Origin: a virus
Virus record (IMG/VR): IMGVR_UViG_3300014962_000004
Coordinates: 1 to 64,000 of that record
Direction: 5' to 3' (one strand)
DNA length: 64,000 nucleotides
Shown: one piece after another, positions 9,370 through 16,124 of the stretch
How positions within the stretch are numbered: position 1 is the stretch's first letter
Layout of the letters: every line of letters starts with the position of its first letter
Notes under the pieces: generated by a model
The model's database searches: none
What the model was told of the DNA's origin: nothing
The model's input: only the letters and a program-made list of their open reading frames with translations
Translations under genes and position numbers: made by a program

Positions 9370-9672
9370 TCAGCTCTCGCGGACGGCGACGATGATGCCC
9401 CGGTGATGCTTGTCGACCGGTCCGGCGGGCACGCCGGGCAGTCCGTCATAAGCTTCGGTCAGGGTGTTGACGGCGACACCCCACGGGGAGGTGCCTTCGG
9501 CCCAGCTGTTGGAACGCCAGCGCTGGATGAGATCCTGCTCGGCGGCGGATAGCTGATCGAACGGGCGAGGGTCGACGTTGCGACCCAGCGCGGCGCGAAC
9601 AGCGGATTGCACGGTGCGGCCCTTGACTTCGCGGGTCACGCCGTAACTGCGGATTACTACGGTGGTGGTCAT
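9370..9672 (-). CDS. Hypothetical protein (leaderless-type start MTTTVV)
   Basis: Start revised to ATG 9672, 7 nt after a -10 box. Confidence 0.7.
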   Translation of the reverse strand: MTTTVVIRSYGVTREVKGRTVQSAVRAALGRNVDPRPFDQLSAAEQDLIQRWRSNSWAEGTSPWGVAVNTLTEAYDGLPGVPAGPVDKHHRGIIVAVRES

Positions 9673-9679
9673 GAGATCC

Positions 9680-9708
9680 AGAATAGGCTTTCTCGGGCTA
9701 TAGCGCAA
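9680..9708 (-). promoter_or_regulatory. SigA-like promoter
   Basis: TTGCGC-17-TATTCT; shares a 20-bp exact repeat with the 8387 promoter. Confidence 0.7.
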
Positions 9709-9718
9709 ACAACATGCG

Positions 9719-10072
9719 TCAGTTGTCGGTGTCGTCGGCCTGCTCGGCCAGCTCGACGAATTCGGTGGCTTCGGCGGCATCCATGCCGGACACCGAGTCG
9801 GCCAGCAGCACGCGTGCCTGGGCGTTGGCGGCGATCAGCTCGTCGATGGCGACGTTCAGCCCGATCAGCAGCGCCGCGTCGCCGGGGGTGCGGGCGTGCT
9901 GGGAAGCCTGCGCGAAGTAGAACTCGGCCCGGCTGATGGTTTCGGCGAAACGCTCGGAGCCGACCGCGCGGGTGGCGCGGTGGATCCAGCCCAGAACCGA
10001 AAACGTGTGATCGAGCAACGGCGGCTGCCGCCGAAAACTGAACCGGGGATCCGGCAGGCTGTTGTCGATCAC
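9719..10072 (-). CDS. Hypothetical protein
   Basis: GTG start immediately after the upstream stop at 10074. Confidence 0.6.
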   Translation of the reverse strand: MIDNSLPDPRFSFRRQPPLLDHTFSVLGWIHRATRAVGSERFAETISRAEFYFAQASQHARTPGDAALLIGLNVAIDELIAANAQARVLLADSVSGMDAAEATEFVELAEQADDTDN

Positions 10073-10073
10073 G

Positions 10074-10325
10074 TCAGTAGTCCAGCAGGTCGGCGGACAG
10101 CGCCGCGCCGAGCGTCTTGCGCACGCGCCGGATGTCGACACCGCGATTGATCTCGTGTTCGGCGACCAGAGCGGCGAGGACGACCTGGACGGTCCACTCG
10201 GGATCCTCAAGGATCAGCTCGGCGCAAGCGGTGAGTGCGGCCTCGAAATGAGCGGCGTTGTCGCCGGTGTGGGTGACACCGTTGGTGACAGTGACGGTGC
10301 CTGGACGTGTGGTGGTGGTGTTCAT
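10074..10325 (-). CDS. Hypothetical protein (MNTTTT start)
   Basis: ATG 7 nt after TACAAT. Confidence 0.7.
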   Translation of the reverse strand: MNTTTTRPGTVTVTNGVTHTGDNAAHFEAALTACAELILEDPEWTVQVVLAALVAEHEINRGVDIRRVRKTLGAALSADLLDY

Positions 10326-10332
10326 GCTCACG

Positions 10333-10355
10333 ATTGTACTCCCTCTACAGTCTGA
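10333..10355 (-). promoter_or_regulatory. Promoter, CTRTAG family (poor -35)
   Basis: tcagaCTGTAGagggag-TACAAT. Confidence 0.55.
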
Positions 10356-10703
10356 CTACGCGTTCAGCTCGGCCAGCAGGCGCTGCAAGTCGGCCAGCGT
10401 CGACTCGGCCCGGCGAGCCACATCGTTGGCGGTGTCGACAGCGATCTGCGCGTCGATGATTTTCTCGACCAGCTCGTTGCGCTCCTGGTCGCTCGACTGG
10501 ACCGGCGGACCCCCGCAGTTGCGGCGGTGCGAGCCAATAGCGATACCGGCACCCCAGATGCGGGTGCCGCAAGCGCGGCAAACCATCCGGCGCACGGCGT
10601 AGTGGGGGAAATTGCCGTAGTGGCTGTCGCGGTAAGCCTGCAGCTCTTCGGCAGTGGGGACGACCCATTTGAATCCGGCTGGGGCGGTTTTCGCTCGTGC
10701 CAT
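10356..10703 (-). CDS. Hypothetical protein with C2HC-type zinc finger and coiled coil
   Basis: CRAC...HRRNC; start MARAK follows SD GAAAG. Confidence 0.75.
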   Translation of the reverse strand: MARAKTAPAGFKWVVPTAEELQAYRDSHYGNFPHYAVRRMVCRACGTRIWGAGIAIGSHRRNCGGPPVQSSDQERNELVEKIIDAQIAVDTANDVARRAESTLADLQRLLAELNA

Positions 10704-10739
10704 GATGTTCTCGCTTTCGAGTAGGTGGTGGTGCCATCC

Positions 10740-10768
10740 ATAATACACGCGCTATAGCCTGATCGCCA
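10740..10768 (-). promoter_or_regulatory. SigA-like promoter, CTRTAG family
   Basis: TGGCGA-tcaggCTATAGcgcgtg(17)-TATTAT. Confidence 0.7.
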
Positions 10769-10777
10769 CCGGGAACG

Positions 10778-10809
10778 ACAAATCCCCCCGAGCTGGCTGC
10801 TCAGGGGGA
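10778..10809 (-). terminator. Intrinsic terminator
   Basis: TCCCCCCGAGC/GCTCAGGGGGA stem (one G-U on the minus strand) then TTT, after the 10832 stop. Confidence 0.65.
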
Positions 10810-10831
10810 CTGCCGTGCCAAGATGAGGGGT

Positions 10832-11320
10832 CTAGCTGGCCCGCTTCGCGCGGGCCTCGTTCTGCACCTCGACGACCCGCCCCAGCGCCTCGTAAAGCGC
10901 CTGCACGTGCTCCCGGTCGAGATCCCGGATGGTCTGCGGGGTGCCGCCGTCGTTGAACGTGATGTCGGTGATCCGGCTGTAGCCGTTGGTGAAGACGTAC
11001 AGCACGCTGTCGTCGTCGGGGTGCTGGAATTCGAGCACGGTGCGCGCAGCGCGGTCCTCGCGGACTCCCTCGCGGTTGACCCAGGCGGCGTGCTTGGCCT
11101 CGCTCCACGTCCGGTAAGTGCCGTGCTGGTGCACGTCGAAATTGCCGTTCTCGTTGACCTCTTCCTCGTTGACCCAAGTCAAGGCCCACTTGGAGTCGTC
11201 GCCGGGGTTGACCTGCTCGATGGTGTAGCGGATGCCGGTGCCGGAATCGAATGCGACCCAGCGCTCGCGGGTGCCGCCCTCGTACTTCTTCCAGTCCAGC
11301 TCGAACGGGTAAGGATTCAT
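10832..11320 (-). CDS. Hypothetical protein downstream of the large ncRNA candidate
   Basis: SD GAAAG preceded by CCACCACCACCCAC. Confidence 0.8.
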   Translation of the reverse strand: MNPYPFELDWKKYEGGTRERWVAFDSGTGIRYTIEQVNPGDDSKWALTWVNEEEVNENGNFDVHQHGTYRTWSEAKHAAWVNREGVREDRAARTVLEFQHPDDDSVLYVFTNGYSRITDITFNDGGTPQTIRDLDREHVQALYEALGRVVEVQNEARAKRAS

Positions 11321-11351
11321 GATTTTCTGCTTTCTGTGGGTGGTGGTGGCT

Positions 11352-11706
11352 CACCCCGACAACCTCAGAGAGGCATCCAGCCGGGCTTCCGGTTCCCCTA
11401 CCCTCCCCGGTTTGTGGCCACTCCCCGGTTGCTCTCAGGTACTACATTCACCCGTTCTCCTGCGTCACTCGCGGCAGATTTCGCCCTCCGCAATCCTTCA
11501 TTTAGGGATCGCCGGTCTGGGTGGTCCCCCGGATCCGACACCATACGTTGACTGGTCGGAAACTGGCTTGCGCCAGGGTACTTAACTCAGGCTTCTTGCC
11601 GGGGGCCAGACTGGTCGTGGTCGTTAACCGTCAGGGATTGGTTCACCGGGTTACTTGCACGGTACCTAGCAGGTCTGGATGTCTCTCTGAAGTTGTCGAG
11701 GTGCTG
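11352..11706 (-). ncRNA. Candidate large structured non-coding RNA (~355 nt), family not recognised
   Basis: No credible ORF; 29-nt terminal arms (11675-11703 and 11352-11380) pair 28/29 with two G-U; internal helices, an AGUA/GAA loop-E motif and a GCAA tetraloop; begins right after a promoter. Confidence 0.8.
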
Positions 11707-11712
11707 CGATCC

Positions 11713-11741
11713 ATAGTAGGCGCTCTACAGCCTGAGCGCAA
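11713..11741 (-). promoter_or_regulatory. SigA-like promoter, CTRTAG family, upstream of the ncRNA candidate
   Basis: TTGCGC-tcaggCTGTAGagcgcc(17)-TACTAT. Confidence 0.75.
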
Positions 11742-11751
11742 ATACCAATTT

Positions 11752-11985
11752 TCAGCGCATGTTAATGCGCCGCCACACTGACGGCGCGTGATTGCGTTCG
11801 ACCTGCTTGCGGGTGATGTCGTCGGGGTACAGCCGGAGGATGTGCAGGCAGGGATCCGCGCCGTCCTCGAATTCGGTGTCCTCGATCTCGCTCGTCGGGG
11901 TTCCGTCATGGGTGGCGCAGACCGCCGGACCGCACCAGCCCTGCTCGATGCCGATCCGGAGCCAGGTGTCGAAATCGTCGATCAT
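11752..11985 (-). CDS. Small hypothetical protein
   Basis: MIDDFDTWLRIGIEQGWCGPAVCATHDG...DPCLHILRLY; ATGA overlap with the upstream peptide. Confidence 0.75.
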   Translation of the reverse strand: MIDDFDTWLRIGIEQGWCGPAVCATHDGTPTSEIEDTEFEDGADPCLHILRLYPDDITRKQVERNHAPSVWRRINMR

Positions 11986-12083
11986 TCGAGCCACCACCAC
12001 ATCAGGTAGAAGAACCACGAAGCCGCCGGGATGGCGATGAGCACCCCGGCGGCGACGATGGCAAGAAACTTGCTCAGCGGCAA
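11982..12083 (-). CDS. 33-aa single-pass membrane peptide
   Basis: TTG start; (M)PLSKFLAIVAAGVLIAIPAASWFFYLMWWWLE. Confidence 0.5.
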   Translation of the reverse strand: MPLSKFLAIVAAGVLIAIPAASWFFYLMWWWLE

Positions 12084-12088
12084 GGAAA

Positions 12089-12397
12089 TCAGCCTTTCTC
12101 GGCGAAGAACATCTGATCGGCGATCAGCTGCATGATCTGCGTGACCGGCAGCGCCGACTCGAAGGTGTCGGTGATGCGGACCCAGCCGGTCCGCACGTCG
12201 CGGTCGTTGCGCAGGAAGCCCCACTCGTGCGGCTCCGGTCCGGCGACGACGTGCCGCAGCACGCCCTCCCGGATGGTCTCGCCGCCGTCGAGGCTGTAGC
12301 GGACCTTGCGGCCCGCCTGGATCCAGCTCAGCAGCTGGCCGAGGACGATAGCGTCGCCCTGCGTCAGCGTGCCGGGGGTGGTGGTGGTGTCAGCCAT
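12089..12397 (-). CDS. Hypothetical protein
   Basis: SD AGGAGG; MADTTTT start. Confidence 0.8.
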   Translation of the reverse strand: MADTTTTPGTLTQGDAIVLGQLLSWIQAGRKVRYSLDGGETIREGVLRHVVAGPEPHEWGFLRNDRDVRTGWVRITDTFESALPVTQIMQLIADQMFFAEKG

Positions 12398-12433
12398 GGT
12401 GGCCTCCTGAGTGTGGGTGGTGGGTACGTTTCG

Positions 12434-12461
12434 ATTGTAGGCTCGCTACAGGATCTGTCAA
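12434..12461 (-). promoter_or_regulatory. Near-consensus SigA promoter, CTRTAG family
   Basis: TTGACA-gatcCTGTAGcgagcc(16)-TACAAT. Confidence 0.75.
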
Positions 12462-12700
12462 CTGAAGAACCGGCGTACCCAGTCCAACCCGAATTCGCCG
12501 AACCGGCGGGGGTCGGTCCCCCAGGTCTGGTCGTGGTCGGTGACCATCAGCACCGGCCCGCCGTAGGCCGAGCCGACGAACTCGACAACGCGCGGCTCCT
12601 CGCCAGGGTAGGTGACAGTGCATTCGACCCCGAACTGTCCGGCCAGGCCCTTATGACGGCGCAGTTTGGTCAGGGTAGGGGAGGTGTGAGTGGAGGTCAT
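12458..12700 (-). CDS. Hypothetical protein
   Basis: Start revised to MTSTHTSP after GAAAG. Confidence 0.7.
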   Translation of the reverse strand: MTSTHTSPTLTKLRRHKGLAGQFGVECTVTYPGEEPRVVEFVGSAYGGPVLMVTDHDQTWGTDPRRFGEFGLDWVRRFFS

Positions 12701-12724
12701 GCTAAGCAATTCTTTCGTAGGGAT

Positions 12725-12847
12725 GAAGCGGGGGCGCAGCGCCGTCCTCGCCGGACGGCCCGAGGGCCGACTAAGGAGGCGGGTCATGGGGCGGGCTTGG
12801 CCGGGAAAAAGATGCAGTACAAAAACCGGCTTTCACGCCCCCGCTTC
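12725..12847. ncRNA. Candidate ~125-nt stem-closed intergenic RNA
   Basis: 12-bp perfect closing inverted repeat GAAGCGGGGGCG/CGCCCCCGCTTC enclosing further hairpins. Confidence 0.45.
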
Positions 12848-12852
12848 GTGGT

Positions 12853-13128
12853 CTAACAGGGGGTGTTGGGATCCAGGTCGGTGGGCACCGCGCGGGCGCT
12901 CACGGGGTCGTGGCACGCCTGGAAGCAGTTGCTGTAGCTGAATCCTCCCCATCCGGACGACTCACAATGGTTGAACGAGCCGTCGGCCCACGCCTGGCCG
13001 TCGCAGAAGCCCCCAAACGGGCTGCTGACGCACTGGCCGGGCAGGGCACCCGCCGACGGGGCGTACACCCCGGCAGCGAGGCCCACAGCGGTCAGCACGG
13101 CGGCGCTGAGCGCAGCCAGGCGGATCAC
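12853..13128 (-). CDS. Secreted Cys-rich small protein (CDGP-like)
   Basis: Signal peptide ending AGA; six Cys; FCDG..WADGSF.HC motif. Confidence 0.7.
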   Translation of the reverse strand: MIRLAALSAAVLTAVGLAAGVYAPSAGALPGQCVSSPFGGFCDGQAWADGSFNHCESSGWGGFSYSNCFQACHDPVSARAVPTDLDPNTPC

Positions 13129-14132
13129 CGCTTGGCTCCCTTTTCGGGCAGCGGAAGCTCATCGAGGCAGCTGTACTCGGTTTCGCTGATCTGAGCCTTG
13201 AGCATGCGCTCGTCGTTGACGTACTTGTTGTAGCACTTGATGTACAAAGCGAACTCGACCAGCGACCGGATGTTGTTGGCGCTGCCGGTGCCCCGGTTGA
13301 GCGGGGTGCCGTTCTTGAGGCGGCGGTTCAGCAGCTTGAGGATGCCAATCCGGGTGTCGCTCAGCTCGCGCAGAGTGGCCGGAGGCAGCTCCATGATCGT
13401 CCCGGCGAAGAACTCCTGCACGGTGTCCGGGTCGGCCCCCTTGCGGGTCATGTGGATCGCCAGCGCGGCCAGCGTGACGGTACCGAGCGCCCGCATCCGA
13501 CGGCGAGCCACCTCGATGAACGGCGACTGGCTCGACAGCTGTGCGGCCCAGGTCACCCACGGCTCGATCTCGTCGATGTGCTCGATGAGGTATTCGGCCT
13601 GGCGCTGCTTGGTGCGAAGCTGAACGCCGCTGAGGATCGCCAGCATGTTGCTCGTGGCCTGCACGCTGACGTTGGTGGGGTGACCAAGGATCTGCATGAT
13701 GTTGGTCATCGTGCGCCCCTTGCCGATGTCGATGGACGAAAACACGTCGAAACTGTCTTCCAGGTTGAACGCCAGCGTGATCGGGATGCTCTTCTGAGAC
13801 TGAATGACGGCCCAGCAGCGCTGCTGACCGTCAAGAAGCCGACCGGTGCTGGCGACGCTCATCGTCGAGCCGTTCTGCCGCCAGCGACCCTCGGAGATGT
13901 CGGCGGCGTAAGTGTCGACCACCCGCCAGTCGATAGACCGGTTGTTGTCGTTGTTGTCCAGCAGCAGGGTGGCGAATTCCGGGTCGAGGTGGATCGGGAT
14001 GTGCACCACCTCGTTGCTGCCCGGCATGATCGTGATCTTGCGGGCGTGCGGCGACGTGGTCGCCAGCTTGGCGCGCTGCAGCAGCATCTGCATGGAGTGA
14101 CGCTTACCGGATTTGTCGATAGAAGCGGTCAT
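13125..14132 (-). CDS. ParB/Srx-N-like domain protein
   Basis: NNRSI...YAADI..GRW...GRLLDGQQRCWAVI (DGQHR-type motif); start revised to ATG 14132 after GGAAAGGA. Confidence 0.7.
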   Translation of the reverse strand: MTASIDKSGKRHSMQMLLQRAKLATTSPHARKITIMPGSNEVVHIPIHLDPEFATLLLDNNDNNRSIDWRVVDTYAADISEGRWRQNGSTMSVASTGRLLDGQQRCWAVIQSQKSIPITLAFNLEDSFDVFSSIDIGKGRTMTNIMQILGHPTNVSVQATSNMLAILSGVQLRTKQRQAEYLIEHIDEIEPWVTWAAQLSSQSPFIEVARRRMRALGTVTLAALAIHMTRKGADPDTVQEFFAGTIMELPPATLRELSDTRIGILKLLNRRLKNGTPLNRGTGSANNIRSLVEFALYIKCYNKYVNDERMLKAQISETEYSCLDELPLPEKGAKR

Positions 14133-14173
14133 GAATTTCCTTTCCGAACGGAATCGTGGGTGGCTCGACTGTA

Positions 14174-14208
14174 CGACCAACTCCCCCAAATACGGGGGAG
14201 TTGAGTCG
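14174..14208. promoter_or_regulatory. Inverted repeat (operator or tail-less terminator)
   Basis: CAACTCCCCC-aaatac-GGGGGAGTTG, extendable by CGAC/GTCG. Confidence 0.5.
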
Positions 14209-14226
14209 GCGTGTCGTCGGGTCCGA

Positions 14227-14484
14227 TCAGGCGGATGCCTGACCGGCGTGCGCGTTCATGACAGCGAAGTCATGGGCGCAAAATTCCTTGGCCTGAGCCA
14301 GGGTGGCCGGGTTGCCGTGGTACTTCGCGTCGCCGTACTTGCCGTCGCGAACCGAATAGATCCGCCACTGGCGACGACGGCCCTTGACCGGCGGGTCGAT
14401 GTAGTAGGCGGTGATCCCGGCGGGGTTGCCCGCCGGGTTGGCCACGTAGGTGCCGCCGCTGACGCGCGTCCAGGTGAGCGTCAT
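14227..14484 (-). CDS. Hypothetical protein
   Basis: ATGA-coupled ORF. Confidence 0.75.
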   Translation of the reverse strand: MTLTWTRVSGGTYVANPAGNPAGITAYYIDPPVKGRRRQWRIYSVRDGKYGDAKYHGNPATLAQAKEFCAHDFAVMNAHAGQASA

Positions 14485-15323
14485 GCCGCCACCGCCGTCG
14501 CGGTCTCGATGGCCTGCTTAACCTCGGCGCGGGTGGCGGCGGGGTTGGCCAGCACGTAGCGGGCGGCGGCGATGAGGGCCTTGGCGGCATCGTATTCGTG
14601 CTTCCACGCAGCGGAGAACAGCACGTCGTACTTGTCCTCACCGGCGTAGGGGCCGAACTCCTGCACGTCGGTGGCGGGGCAGCCCTCGATGCAGATGTTG
14701 TCGCTGTTGCGGTGCTCGTAGGCCGCAAACGTCCAGCCGCCGACGGTGACCGTCAGGCCGTACTCCCGGCAGTTGTAGAACGTGTCGAAGTCGAGCTTGT
14801 CCTCCTCGCCGTAGAACGCGTCGAGCAGACCGGCCTCGCCGAACACGTCCACGGCGATGCGGACGTTCTTGTCGCTGGCGGCGACCAGGTCACGGCTGTC
14901 GGGCTGTTCGTAGCCGGGAATCGGGATGTGGTACCCGGCGCGGCGCTCGGTGGTCTCGCTGATCAGCATGGTCAGCGCGCTGCTGAAGCTGAGCGGTTCC
15001 GGCGTGATGACGGCGGAGCTGACCAGGCCGACCTCTTCGAGCTGCTCGGTCGTCCAGCCCTCGGCGCGCAGCACCGGGATGTGCGACTTGTTGAGGACAT
15101 GGACCCAGGCCCAGCCCCAGCTGGCCTTGGTCTCGCCGGACAGCAGCTGGTCGAGCAGATTGTTGATCAGGCTGTCGTGCAGCTTGCCCTTGCCGTAGGG
15201 GCTGTCGGCGATGAAGGCGCGCACGCCCTCGAAGGTCAGCTCGACGCGGGCGTAGCGGATGTTCTCGTAGTCGCCGTGATGGATGTGCTCCTGAACGGCG
15301 ATGACTTTCGGCGTGGTGGCCAT
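14481..15323 (-). CDS. Hypothetical protein
   Basis: SD GAGGAGG; strong GC3 bias. Confidence 0.8.
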   Translation of the reverse strand: MATTPKVIAVQEHIHHGDYENIRYARVELTFEGVRAFIADSPYGKGKLHDSLINNLLDQLLSGETKASWGWAWVHVLNKSHIPVLRAEGWTTEQLEEVGLVSSAVITPEPLSFSSALTMLISETTERRAGYHIPIPGYEQPDSRDLVAASDKNVRIAVDVFGEAGLLDAFYGEEDKLDFDTFYNCREYGLTVTVGGWTFAAYEHRNSDNICIEGCPATDVQEFGPYAGEDKYDVLFSAAWKHEYDAAKALIAAARYVLANPAATRAEVKQAIETATAVAA

Positions 15324-15368
15324 GATGCCCTCCTCAGTGTGGGTGTGTGGGTGATGGTGCTGAGATCC

Positions 15369-15397
15369 ATAGTAGGCGCGCTACAGCCTGAGCGCAA
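15369..15397 (-). promoter_or_regulatory. SigA-like promoter, CTRTAG family
   Basis: TTGCGC-tcaggCTGTAGcgcgcc(17)-TACTAT; the surrounding 35 bp match the 11713 promoter at 34 positions. Confidence 0.75.
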
Positions 15398-15404
15398 ACG
15401 CGAC

Positions 15405-15695
15405 TTATTCGGGCTTGCGCCGAGTCTTGATGTGCACCTGCTTGATGTCGGACTCCCGGATGATCCGGCGGCGCTTGTTCCGCGAGACGGGGCCTTCGAC
15501 CTGCAGCATGAGCTGGCCGTGCTGGTCGCGCTCGGCGTAGAGGAATTCGTAGCGTCCGGCGATGAGACCGGGCTTGCGGATGACTGAGACCTGGGTGCCC
15601 GGCGTGAGGGTATAGGTCTTGCCGGTTGAGGACACCGCGACCTCATGCAGAAAAGTGGGCTTCCAGTCGCTGCGGTAAGGGCGCTTCTGATTCAT
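15405..15695 (-). CDS. Hypothetical basic protein
   Basis: Start MNQKRPY after GGAGG; extended -10 TGcTATACT at 15740-15748. Confidence 0.75.
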   Translation of the reverse strand: MNQKRPYRSDWKPTFLHEVAVSSTGKTYTLTPGTQVSVIRKPGLIAGRYEFLYAERDQHGQLMLQVEGPVSRNKRRRIIRESDIKQVHIKTRRKPE

Positions 15696-15803
15696 GGGGA
15701 TACCTCCGGGTGGGTGGTGGTGGATCGGGCTACAATACCAGTATAGCACATCATGATTTACCGGTTTGGTTGTTGCCGCTGATCAAGAAGGTATTTTTGT
15801 TTG

Positions 15804-16124
15804 CTAGCGCAGGTCTTTGCCCGTGATTTTGATGGGCACAAGCAAGCTGTTGGCCGGGGGCGGGGTGAATACCATGCCGTTGATCCGGTAGCCGCCGGTG
15901 CGGGCGTGGTGATGCCGGGTGACCGTGGCGCTGGTGCGGGCACGGCGCTCGGTGAGATACCGGCGGATTGCCATCGCCAGGTGGGCGATGAAGAAGGCCA
16001 GCGCGGCCCAGAAGAGCACGTGGCGCGGGGCGCGGAATACGCTGGCTACGATCAGCAGCAGGCTTGTCGCCGCGCCGCCGCCGTGGCACCACCAGATTTT
16101 CCCAAAGGCCCGCGCTTCTCTCAT
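15804..16124 (-). CDS. Membrane protein (2 TM)
   Basis: Two hydrophobic segments; TGATG coupling. Confidence 0.65.
   Translation of the reverse strand: MREARAFGKIWWCHGGGAATSLLLIVASVFRAPRHVLFWAALAFFIAHLAMAIRRYLTERRARTSATVTRHHHARTGGYRINGMVFTPPPANSLLVPIKITGKDLR

Noticed and set aside
11340-11706. tmRNA, RNase P RNA, group I/II intron or hammerhead identity for the large RNA
   Set aside because: The size fits tmRNA and CCACCA follows the stem, but there is no GGGG 5' acceptor strand or T-loop. There is no RNase P GAGGAAAGUCC, no group I P7 pair and no group II domain V. The CUGAGA and GAAA pieces lack a UH site and a stem II.
12736-12780. HDV-like (theta) ribozyme suggested by CCG-UCCUCGC-CGG and a later CUAA on the plus strand
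   Set aside because: The P3/L3 and J4/2-like pieces match, but P1, P1.1 and P2 pairings could not be built.
6246-15398. Dispersed repeats read as a CRISPR array or integron attC sites
   Set aside because: They are irregularly spaced, coincide with -35/-10 boxes, and no integrase is present.
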